Positions 23,770 to 35,220 of a DNA stretch of 64,000 bases are shown piece by piece (the first letter of the stretch is position 1; the number at the start of each line of letters is the position of its first letter). The notes beneath the pieces were generated by a model. The model saw only the letters and a list, made by a program, of their open reading frames with translations. It was not told the origin of the DNA and made no database searches. Position numbers and translations under genes: made by a program. This stretch comes from Gnetum montanum. Lineage: Eukaryota > Plantae > Gnetophyta. The stretch covers positions 526,792-590,791 of the forward strand of contig MNCI01002242.1 of the NCBI GenBank assembly GCA_015680685.1. The letters run 5' to 3'.

Positions 23770-26700
23770 AATGGTTTAACCTACTAGGTATTTACCAATA
23801 TAAGCTTATGTGGAACGGATGGGTGATGAATATGCATGACACCAAAGGGCAAGTGGCCTGCATGATATAGGATCCCTCCCAAATCATTTGAAATTTGGTC
23901 TTTTGTTGGACATGATTGGGGTTATAATAGAGGACCTTGTTGCTTGATTGTATTAATACTTGTCTGATATGAGCATCGTGCCTATGCTTAGAGTAGATCT
24001 TATGGATCTCATTGCTCATGAGTGCTACTAATCTATTCTCTTCTAATATATTGAGATTCATTATGCTTTCTCATTGGGCAAAGCTCAAGTTTAGGTCAAG
24101 TTGGCTAGCAGTAGCTAGAGTCTAAAGCTTTGCCTAGATTGGCAACATGGGTAATTTACCGTATACCAACTTATATGGTGAATAACTGATAGGAAATGTC
24201 TAGACTATTATATAGGTCCATAGAGCATCATTCAATTTGGTACTCCAATCCTTCCTAAACACCATCCTAGTCAATATTTTAGTGATCTCATGGTTAGTCA
24301 CTTCTACTTGACCATTAGCTTAGGGATGATATGGTATGGTCAACTTATGGTTGACCCCAAGCTATTGCATGAGCTTTTCAAAAGTAGCACCATTGAAGTG
24401 AGTTCCATTATCAGAAATGACATGTGTGGCATTCCAAACCAGTTCACCACATGTTGTTGAAAAAACTTAGCAAGTGTTTTTCTATGTAATCTTTTACTAC
24501 TACTACCTCTGCCCACCTAGTGTAGTAATCCATTATTACAATTATATAGGCTTTCCCATTTGACATCAATATGATGGGATCCATAAAATCAATTCCTCAT
24601 ATATCGAATGATTCCAGTGGTTGTATCCAGTGCTACAGCCCTTCATTTCTAGCTATTGTTTCTCCATCTTTTTGACACCTCTCACAAGATTGTGTAAAAT
24701 GGTGGAAATCTTTGAAAAAGGTAGGATAGAAGTAACCTACCATAATTAGTTTCAATGTTGTTCTATGACCCACATAGTTCCCTCCACATGGACCTTCATG
24801 AACATCCTATAGGATTTGTTGTTGATCACATTCTGGCACACATCATTTGACTAGCCCATCTACACAAATCTTGTATAGATTTTCATTAATTTAAATATAT
24901 CTTTTTACTTTATGAAGGAACTATTCTTTCTATTTCTTGCTCCACTCAATGGGAAGCTCTTGTGTTAGATAATTCAAATAGTCAGTTTTCCATAACGTTC
25001 TCGTTGAGTCTATAGCCATAATGGTTTTAGTAAATAAATTCTCATCAAAAAATAAGTTTGACAAAGGTTCTATATGGTCTTGGGGATTTCATCTAAGTCT
25101 CAACAAATAATCAACTACAACATTTTCTGTACCCTTCATGTTGATCATTTTTATGTCAAATTCCTACAAGATAACGAGCCATCTAATCACTCAAGGACTA
25201 ACTGTTGGCTTGTTCATAAGAAAATGGATGATGTTGTTATCAATGTGGATGAAGATTGGGTAGTCAAACACGTATTGTCTAAACTTTTCAAGTGCATACA
25301 TCACTACCATTAGCTCCTTTTTGGTTGTGGTGTTGTTCAGTTGTGTCCCAATGATGCTTTTGCTGGGCAGTGTATATAGTATGGTCTCTTCTGATCATCT
25401 AACTGCATCAATACTACACAAAGCACATAGTTGGAAGCATCTATCATAATATGAAAAGGCTTGGACTAATATAAAGCTTGAAGGATCAGTGTCTTGATCA
25501 ATCTCTATTTCAAAGTCTCAAATGCCTTTTCACAAGACTCTATCCATTCAAAGGATGCATCTTTCTTAGTGAGTTCTACTAGCAGTTTTACAATCTTTGA
25601 AAAATTCTTTATGAATCTCCTATAGTATCCTATGTGACCTAAGAATGATCAGAAATTTTAACTATATGAGGCCTTTGAGTGATATTTTATATAACTCTTA
25701 TTTTTTTAGGATCCACCTCTATTTCTTTCTATGAAATTATGTTCCCTAAGACGATCCCATCATAGACCATAAGATGGCTTTTTTGCCAATTGAGCTTTAG
25801 ATTATTTTTGCATATCTCTTGAATACCTACTCAAGACAGTCCAGTTCTTGTTTAAAATCTAGCCCGTATGTTGAAAAGTCATCCATGAATACCTCAATAC
25901 CATTTCCTATTTGTTTTTAGAAGATGGTTGGCACATTGCAAAGGCCACAAGACATATGCTTGTAGGTAAACATTCTGCATGGACTGGTAAACATTGTCTT
26001 CTCTTAGTCCTCAAGCATGATGCAAATTTTATTATACCCATTGTATCCATCCAAAAAACTATAGTACTCATGTCCTACAATAGTGTCTAGGATTTGGTCA
26101 ACAAATGGCAGAGGAAAATGATCCTTGAATGTGGTAGAGTTCAACAATCGGAAGTCGATGCACACTTGATGAGTGGTGAGGTAACCCTACACTCAACCAT
26201 ACGAAACGAGTGTAGCACACATGATNNNNNNNNNNNNNNNNNNNNNNNNNNNNNNNNNNNNNNNNNNNNNNNNNNNNNNNNNNNNNNNNNNNNNNNNNNN
26301 NNNNNNNNNNNNNNNNNNNNNNNNNNNNNNNNNNNNNNNNNNNNNNNNNNNNNNNNNNNNNNNNNNNNNNNNNNNNNNNNNNNNNNNNNNNNNNNNNNNN
26401 NNNNNNNNNNNNNNNNNNNNNNNNNNNNNNNNNNNNNNNNNNNNNNNNNNNNNNNNNNNNNNNNNNNNNNNNNNNNNNNNNNNNNNNNNNNNNNNNNNNN
26501 NNNNNNNNNNNNNNNNNNNNNNNNNNNNNNNNNNNNNNNNNNNNNNNNNNNNNNNNNNNNNNNNNNNNNNNNNNNNNNNNNNNNNNNNNNNNNNNNNNNN
26601 NNNNNNNNNNNNNNNNNNNNNNNNNNNNNNNNNNNNNNNNNNNNNNNNNNNNNNNNNNNNNNNNNNNNNNNNNNNNNNNNNNNNNTAGGATTCCTACTGC

Positions 26701-28010
26701 GGGCACATGGAAAATATTCTATCTCTGGAGTGATCAAACTGCCAAAGTTTCCCTACTTCTAACTCAGGATGGGAAAACAAGGGAGAGCCACCTCTTATTT
26801 ATAGATATGGCAGCGGATTGCGATATCGCGTACGCGACATAGCAAGGGACGACACGATATTGCGGCCTATGCGAATCACGTCTCATCAACACTCACCACT
26901 TGCCTCCCTTCTTTGGAACTATCACCAAGGAACTAACCCATTCACTATCTGCAATGGGATATATGAATCTAGCCTTTAGTGAGTTTTCAAACTCTTGCTT
27001 GACTACCTCTTTAAGTTTTGGGTTAAGCCTTCTTTATGGTTGGCATCATGGTTTTATTGTTAGATTAGTATGTATCTGGTTTTGACAAATTATTGGATCA
27101 ATTCCTGTGATCTCATCATAAGACCACGCAAATGCTATTAGTCACTTGTTAACTACTTCTAATAGCTTCTTCACTTGCTCCTTGTCTAAGTTGGCATTGA
27201 TTATGACCAACTTCGGATTATTCAGAAAAGCATATTCAAGTGCTGCCGGTAGGACCTTTAGTTCCAACAGTTCTAGGTCAACTTGATATGGGTTACCTAG
27301 TTATCCCCATTCTTTCTCTTCTTCTTAACCTTCATGTGAGTAGGAATGTTTTCTTTGTAGTTGTTCTAGCTTATTAGCTTATCCTAAGTAGGCACTTATG
27401 ATTTGATTTACTAGTTTTATGTATATTTTTTATTCAATTTCCTTGTTTGTAATCAACCACTAGGTGCCTTCTTGTTGGATGGCTACTACATATAAGCACT
27501 TCTACACACACATTTCTTCTACACATTAGTTGCATTCTGTATTCTCTTCTTGTCTAACTATCCATATCTTTGGCATGCAACTACACCCATTATCACTATA
27601 TGTGATACATAGAACTCTACATCTTTGAATGATTCCTACTTCATCTTCCTTGAAAATTTCCAAGGACAAATCGCAAATACCAATCTTAGCATTGACCGTG
27701 CTAAGCTAAGATATTCCCATTATGATTGGGAATTTTCCCTTGTTTTTACCTACATGAATAACCAGAAAATCTGCAGGGTAGGACCAACCACTGATGGTGA
27801 TGGTCACATCATCCACTTATCCTAGTGGAACTATAATTGATTGATCTGCAAGCTCTATCTAGATGTTTCTCTTCTTCAACGGTGGTAGATTCCAGGCCTA
27901 ATACATATCTTGAGACATCATGTTCACTCCTAACATAGAATTGAGTAGAGCCTTGCATGGCTTTTTCCCTACTACTTATAGGTACACCAAAGAGCTTTCA
28001 TGATCTATTT
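23770..28010 (-). pseudogene. pol: Element B pol (PR-RT-RH-INT), split by a solo LTR
   Basis: CKALLNSMLGVNMMSQD; LELKVLPAALEYAFL; DSEWVSSLVIVPKKGGKW; DFRLLN..DHFPLPFVDQILD; EVFMDDFS; SDNGTHF; [16 protein letters not shown]; ORF 23792-24061. Confidence 0.9.
26167..26888 (-). mobile_element. Solo LTR (or gap-collapsed element) related to the element C LTR
   Basis: TGATGAGTGG...TCTCATCA termini and perfect TSD ACACT (26162-66/26889-93), interrupting the B RT. Shares TATAAATAAGAG and AGAATATTTTCCA.GTGCCCGCAG with the C LTR. Contains a 460-N gap. Confidence 0.85.
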
Positions 28011-28029
28011 GTTTATGAGGAAGTGCTTT

Positions 28030-28761
28030 GGCCTTAATCTAATGGGTAATGGTTTGCATCAACATGACAGTTGTGAAGTTTGTGGTTGACAAAGATGGAA
28101 GCTTGTCGTTTCTAGGAGGATTGAATGTGTTCCCCATCTATTGAACCTTCTTTGGATTCGTTTAGAAAAATGATCATTTCCTTGACTATGGTTCCTGCAT
28201 GATTGTCTCCTCCTACATAGTCACTGCCCTAGTTGCATTTTTCTATTGTGGTTGTGATGGTAGTTTCCCCTACATTACAGGTGGGGGCCACAATTGATAA
28301 AGGATTTGGATGTTGACTTAGTGAACCAATCACTTGTGGATACATGTATGGATTGGACTCTATCCTAGTGGTGTAAGTCTATAGTATTCTAGTGGATAGT
28401 ATTGCAAAGCTTGAACTACTACATTACCTGGAGAGATTGGACATTGAACATAGTATCCATATGGGTCAGGTTGCCTATATGGGTACAATTGTCACGGTGA
28501 TGGCATTGTCTAGGATTGGGATTGTTGCCACTACTAATGATATTGCTCCTATGGTTGTGGATACACTCCCCTAGGGTAGTAAGCTAGTTGGAAAGTTTGA
28601 TGGTAGTTACCTTAAGGATAAGGCAACCTTCTAGGTATCTATTTTTTCACAAATCTTGGGTTTAATGCATATGCCCCTATTTCTTGCAAATGTGCCATAA
28701 CTAGGCAGCACACCTTGGAGTGGTCATATTTGCACATAGTACAACCTTCTTCCTCATCTAA
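28030..28761 (-). pseudogene. gag: Element B gag, C-terminal part (zinc knuckle)
   Basis: DEEEGCTMCKYDHSKVCCLVMAHLQEIGAYALNPRF, homologous to C EEGHECGICQYEHPKGCCPMVSHLQESRVYALNPRL. Continues the gag interrupted at 45926. Confidence 0.85.
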
Positions 28762-28765
28762 GATC

Positions 28766-31345
28766 CTACCCGAACAGTCAGCCACCTACCCGAACAGTCA
28801 GCCACTGAAGCGACCGTTGGCACATTTCTACCATTTTATGGAGTAGGGTTTGACAAAGGACCCCATTTTTCATCTGGCCTGTGTTGATCGTAAAAAGAAA
28901 TGATTTGCTGAGATTTAGATCAGGGACTTAGGCACTTTAATGGTTAAAATAAATAGGTTTTTCAGATATTATTTGCTGTTAAATAAAATGACCGGCAGAA
29001 TACAAGAAGAGGCTAAGTATTAAAAAAACAAGTGGATAATGCTTTGCATGTTCAAGACACTTAGAAGCTGGCTGCCCCCTTGCTGACAGACATGTTTCTC
29101 TTGTGAAAGTACACCGTGGATTCCTGTCCTGCATTTACAAGGATGCTTTTCCATGACCCTGGAATGGTTTTAGGGCGAGGGATACCTATATTCCAGATCT
29201 GAGCATCGACCTAGAAATTTTAAAAAAAATCATGTGTAAATATCATTACGGCATAATAATGTTAGAAATCGTGGTAGCTGTGCCAAGAATGGTGGATGAA
29301 AAGCTGTTACATTATGAATCGCTGAGGAGGTTACGGCAGAATGGAAGATGAATCAAGGCACCGATGGAAGAGGCAGGAAAACGAAATGAAGCAGAGCTGT
29401 CGGATATGCAGAAATGGAAGCCAAAGCGGCAGTTATGGATTCACTGATCAAAGCCAAGTGGAAGCTGTATCATCCGGAACATGTTTGATAAAGGGAACCC
29501 TACTTGAAATATGGGTGAAACAGTTGAGCGGTTCGTAGAAGTGGTCAATAAATTCAACAGACTTAAAGGAGGAAGAAACTGTTTCATTGCATGAATCACA
29601 GTTGGTACAAAGTTCTTCTAGGACCAGGCAGAGCAGGCCGTTATGGTGGACGGTTGCAGTCATGATCGTGATTGAATTTCTTACGGGTTTCATGTCGAGC
29701 GTCATGTAATATTCATTTCTCAAACTTCTGTTGCGGGGGATGACGATCCATCAATTTTACGCTTTAATAGAGCGGACGTTTCACGGTTTGATTCATTCCG
29801 CAAGGACTTTCCTAATCACGATGAGTTTCAGTCACAAAGAAATTTAAATTTCATGCAAATATCGATTATATTGATCAAGCCGTCAAGCACTCAATGATCA
29901 GATAAAAACAAATGCTGTGAGAAGGAACGTTTGTTAAGGCAAAAATAAGCTATTAGATTACTTCAAAACTATCAGTATTGTTGAAACTGCCGGTTCCTTG
30001 GTACAAAATATAATTTCCTGGCGACAAGTGAACCATCATTTGCCAATATTGCAATATTATATTAACGTCAAGTGATAAGAAACCTGTGTCAGGCTATCTG
30101 TGCATCAAAACTAACGTATCATGTATGACGAGGGAGAAACGCTACGGCACAGATTAAATCTACCGTACTTCTGATACAAGGATGATATTTTAAAAGTTTC
30201 CTAGACGTTTATCAAACATGTTATGCCCTTTAACTATGGAAGGCTCACACGTGGCGTAGCAAATCTTCAACGCTGCCCGGTGCCTGCAATTTTTTGTGCA
30301 AGTCACTACTCACCGAATTCACATCATACTTCCGTTACAACATTCAAAGTCTGCAATTCAGTGACAAGCCAGATTATGCCTACCTGAAGAATTTATTTCG
30401 TGAATTGTTTATTCAACAATGTTTTGAATATGATTATGTTTTTGACTGGACCATCTTAAAGTACCAACAAACACTCAGTTCTTGATCAATGCCAAAACCG
30501 CTGTCGGCACAGCAAGATCTGGGCAGTGGAGCAGGACAATCATCTGCTACATTTGGTGCAGCTGCCGGCACTGTTCATGAGCAAACTGAAACTGTCGAAT
30601 TCCCAAAGGAGGCTAATACACAAAATTATGTTGCAACTTTCCAAATGAATATTAATTCATCTCAAGCGGCAAAGGTGACGTGGACATCGTCAGATAGATC
30701 ATTTGTGATGCGTGTCATGGTGGGAAAGCTTCATCTTCTGGTAGCAGAACGACCTCCTACGTATGGTGCAAGTTCAAATAAGAGAGCACAAAATGCACAC
30801 CTGGAAAGTTCGAGGAACCACACATTTTCAGTCAACCTGAAGAGGCCTTAGCATCTTGGAAAGTTTTTGCAGATGTTACAGGGTTACTACTTCGTGAGTT
30901 AGAGCTTCATCCCCCAGAAAAAGTTTAGCGTAAAGGAATATGTTTGGTGGGCTCTGGTTTGATCTTGTGGATTCTCAATCGTTTTTTGAAGATCATGATG
31001 GAAGCACCTCTACATCTTCAGGCCTGTTTGAGATTTTGGCGAGGAATTCTGTTGACAGCTTCTTGGATGTGAAAAGCTGTGGGTATAGAGCATACTTGGG
31101 GCTAATGGGCTCTCGAAGGGATGTAATCATTGCATCATGGAAGACTGGTCTACATGGTGTATGGCATAAGTGCATACGATGTGGCCGCCAGACCTCAGCA
31201 TTAGCATTGCATACTTCTCCAGGAGGCACCACCAACCGTGGAAATGCATCCGATACGTGGTAGATTGGGCGATGGGTGTCCAATCTGTGGAAATCCTTGG
31301 TTACTTGTGGTTTAACATTTCTCAGCCATATCCATTATTGCTTTT
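28766..31345 (+). other. Host-like (non-TE), CpG-retaining segment inside element B gag
   Basis: Abrupt compositional change, no recognisable TE motifs, contains a CK1 fragment, and begins with a perfect 20-bp tandem duplication. The right boundary is approximate. Confidence 0.65.
30294..30928 (+). pseudogene. CK1: Casein kinase 1 fragment (end of kinase domain + C-terminal tail), 5'-truncated, intronless
   Basis: [59 protein letters not shown] matches plant CK1 [58 protein letters not shown]. It is followed by an in-frame stop and a GSGAGQSS-type tail. Confidence 0.88.
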
Positions 31346-31670
31346 GTACAAAATCTAAAGAAGTATGAATATTTAATTGTAAAAATATAGTTATTATTTA
31401 AGAAGAAAGGGAATTTATGGGATAGTTGTTCAATGTCCTATATGTATGAAACAAGTGTCAATTATAATTTTTAATATCTATGGTAGTTATAACTAACTAC
31501 CATGGTGGTTGTAACTTTCTCTATATAGTGTTTATAACTTGCAACCGAATTCTAATTTCTTATAATGTTGTAACTAGAGAATATGATCTCTATGGCATTG
31601 TAACTAACCTTAAGCTTCCACAATGATTGTAACTACTCCAAAGCCACTATAAAAATAGCTTCAAGGGTAG
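31345..31670 (+). repeat. Left part of LTR D (U3-like, with TTGTAACT repeats and TATA), split by element C
   Basis: Repeated TTGTAACT/TTATAACT motifs and CTATAAAAATA at ~31647; joins 44847 across the TSD of C. The start position is uncertain. Confidence 0.55.
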
Positions 31671-32611
31671 TGATGAAGTGTCATTTAGTCAATACGTCAA
31701 CTGGGCCGCGTATACGGGGTCGCGTATACGCGGCCGCGTATACGGGGTCGCGTATACGCGGCCGCGTCAACGCGGGCCCATCAACGTAGCCACCCTACGT
31801 CGATGTGGCCCCATTTACGCAGCCACCATTCCCAACCTATAAATAAGAGGGCCTTCCACCTTATTTAGGCATCTTTTGAGTAATTGGAGCGAAGCTCTTG
31901 CAGTTTGTTCTCACAAGAGATAGAATATTTTCCAAGTGCCCGCAGCAGGTGTAAGAAAAGTGATCAGCTCCTTATTCGAGCGCTGATGTATCTAAGCCCA
32001 TTGGTGTGACGGCAATAAAGATGAACTATTCAAGCAATCCTTGCAGCATTTGGACTTAGTTATTTTATGCAATTAATAGTTTAATATGTTTATGCTTTAT
32101 TAGTTACTTGTTAATTACTTATGTTTTCATTATTATAATTTCAATCATTATTGTTCATTCACAGTTCATTAGAGCCATAAGTACGACCATCTCGAACGTA
32201 ACCCAAACACTTGGTAAGCCCAGTGACGCTTAACGTCTGGTAACCCAGAAGTGTTAGGAGATGCTCAGAACGTGCTCGGAAGATGGGACCGGATACTTAT
32301 GCTAGGAGTAGTTAATATTTAGATTAAGATAATTTTAGATTAATTAATATTCTATCCTTATTTTCCAAGATAATTAGTCGTCGAAAAGATAATTAAAAAG
32401 ATATAAAAATCATTAGCCTTAGTCTCACTTAACCATCATAAACAGAACTTCACAAGTGAGATTAGGATAACAACGACTGTTCTAACCCAAGGTTTCACTG
32501 GTTAGAAGTTTGGTGTATGTTAAGTGCTTACAGTCTACGGATTTCGACCGAGTTGTGCATGAACGCTCGTGATTCGTATGGTTGGGCGTAGGGATACCTA
32601 GCCACTCATCA
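31671..32611 (+). repeat. 5' LTR of element C
   Basis: 941 bp, highly similar to 43943-44841. Five 14-bp palindromic units at 31704-31773; TATAAATA at ~31838. Confidence 0.95.
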
Positions 32612-32612
32612 T

Positions 32613-32630
32613 TGGCATTGTTGCCGGGGA
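32613..32630 (+). promoter_or_regulatory. Primer-binding site of element C (tRNA-Asp type)
   Basis: TGGCATTGTTGCCGGGGA immediately after the LTR; the Athila-type consensus is TGGCGCCGTTGCCGGGGA. Confidence 0.85.
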
Positions 32631-32756
32631 CTATTAGTCTTACATGCATCATTTGACCTTAGTGAAATTATCATTTAAGTCATTGGAACGGACCTAGGGT
32701 AGAAATATTTACGCACGCTAGGTGAATTCAAGTAAATAGTAAAGTACACTGATTAT

Positions 32757-35220
32757 ATGGACCATCTAACGTCCAACATGTCTTCTCACAGGAGAGATGT
32801 ATTCGAACCGCCGGTGCCACAAGAATGTCGGGTGGTGTACAAACATCCCGATGAATATGTCCCTGATTTCACACTCATCCTACATCAGGATGAGCATCTC
32901 CAATGGCGGGACATGGAGGGTAGCATCGTGCTACTACCCAACCAAGCGGCTCCTACGATACTATATTACAATTTGGGCAGATTGGGCATCCAAGAGCAGG
33001 TGGTAGAGTATGTCATGGAGGACCATGACTACCGAGACTATTGTCCCATGTATGCTCAATGAACAAGAGATCAGCAGCAGGCGGAGAGATATGAACAGCA
33101 AAAGAGGAAGCAATTCAGCAACCCCTTATTCTCCCAAGGGCCGCAAGACGATGGGGATCTTGTCTTTCATGATACCCATTCGACCTAACTTCCCCTGGGG
33201 CAGCAGTTCATCCAGTCAATCATTCAGAACAAACCTCCAAGTGACCACAATCCTCAAGGGGATGGAGGATCATGCAGCAAGGCTGGGCTGGATGACCAAG
33301 GCCATCATCAGGGTAGATGGGGAGATCGCCATCGGAGCAATGGCGATGCCTCTCCTTCTTCTCTGTCCTCCCCCTCTCCTGCACCTTCCTCCAGCTCAGG
33401 CTCTGAGCGTAACAGGGGAAGGTTGGAGCGAAAGGATGGTGGTAAACCGGTTCAAAAGGAGCAACGTGAGGAAGCACACGACCAATCACGTGATGCTCAC
33501 CAGCATGAAAGGAGGGGTAGCCAGAATCGTCATAGACATCATGGTCCCCAATAGGACTATGATTCAGATGAGTCGTTGTTAGCTACTCAGAGCATGCTCC
33601 ATATCGCAGAGGCAATTCACATTCCAAGTAGGCACATAAAGGATAGTCGGATCAAGCATGTTGATATGAACAACATCCCCAAATTTGAAGGGGATACAAT
33701 TTTGATCCGCAGACCCACCTGCAGGCGTTCCATGATGCTTGCACCCTGCAAAACATTGATAATGATTGGCAACAGTTGAAGCTATTCCCTTGCACGCTTA
33801 TCAAAGAAGCTGAAAGTTGGTACCGATCCTTGGAGTCGGAATCAATCAGAAGATGGAGTACAATGCCTGAAATCTTTAATGAAAAATATCAAACGTACTC
33901 GAGAGTGGTGAATCTGAGATGGCAGATCCAAGGATGGAAACAAGGGAATCATGAATCCTTGGATGCCTCCATGAGTAGGTATTACTCATTGTTACATTTG
34001 TGCCCTAGTCATGGTTACTCTCAGCGGGCATAGCTTTGCCACATCATTGATGGGCTCCATTTTGAAATGCAAAAGACCCTGGGCATGTATGCCAAGAGAC
34101 GATTGTCAGAGCTAAGGGCCCATCAGTTACAACGTCTCATTGATTAGGTGGCCAAGGAAGAAGGAGAATTTAGGAAAAAGGAGAGTGCAGAAGAATTCAA
34201 CTGGGATCCTTCCCTCAGAAAGAGGGAGGTCTAATTTTGTGATGAGGAGGATGAGTCACCACTGGAAGCAGCGGTGAATCGGAAGACTTTGCCATTACAA
34301 AAGTTTGCATTCAAAATATCAGCAAAGGTGGACAAAATGTGGGATTATTTGGACGAGAAATTTCAAAGTGTACTAAAAATTGCAGAAGAGTCCAAAGAAC
34401 AAGGTAGCGACCGTGATCGGCGCAGGAAGAAGGGAGCTGAACGTGCCTAACATAAGGGTAAGGGAAAAGTTGCTGTAGTAAAGCAGGTTGTAGACTCTGA
34501 CACCGAGGAGGGCCATGAATGTGGCATATGCCAATATGAACATCCTAAGGGATGTTGTCCTATGGTGTCCCACCTTCAAGAGTCTAGGGTGTATGCCTTG
34601 AACCCTCGTTTGGCACAGCAGCAGACACCCCGAAGGTTTCCTTATCCACAAGGCAACCCCAGGCGATTCCACCAGCAGTAGCAAGGATATTATCCATATG
34701 AATACTTCCAACAGTGGCAACAACCACAAGCGTGGGGGATACCACCTCCAAGGCAACAGTACCCTTACAAGCAACCAAATCCTTATGGGTACTATGTTCA
34801 GCAACTGGTCTCCCCAAGAGACTCTTCCAGTCATGCGACCTTTCCCAGCTACTACCACCCCCTCGAATATTTTCAACATCCATCTCCATTGCCTAGGGGG
34901 ACAAACTCACATCTCTTCTACCCTCCGTCACCTTCTTCTGTCATTCCACCACACCATCCCACTCAATTGCCACCCGCTCCATCAATGCAGGGAGAAATAC
35001 CGCCACAACCACAGCAACGAAACGCTACGAGGGCTGTTAACTTACAACCAACACCTCAACCGAGTGGACCAGAACCCAAGCCACGCAAACATCCCTTTTT
35101 CGGCCCAATAATTTGAACACACCCTCACCTATGCCTGTGGCCAGTGCCCCCGAACCTACCAACGCCTCTACCATCATACCACCCAAGCAGTCCTCCGTTC
35201 CGTCGCACTCCAACATCTAG
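32757..35220 (+). pseudogene. gag: Element C gag with N-terminal extension
   Basis: KLFPCTLIKEAESWYRSLESESIRRWSTMPEIFNEKY..IQGWKQGNHESLDASMSRYYSLLHLCPSHG (retrotransposon gag); CX2CX3HX4C knuckle at ~34520; Q/P-rich tail; stops and frameshifts. Confidence 0.9.

Noticed and set aside
26094-26762. ORFs of 155-222 aa
   Set aside because: Artefacts of the N-gap at 26226-26685.
30294-30851. Functional CK1 gene
   Set aside because: Lacks nearly all of the kinase domain, has no ATG start for the kinase part and has an in-frame stop at 30483-85.
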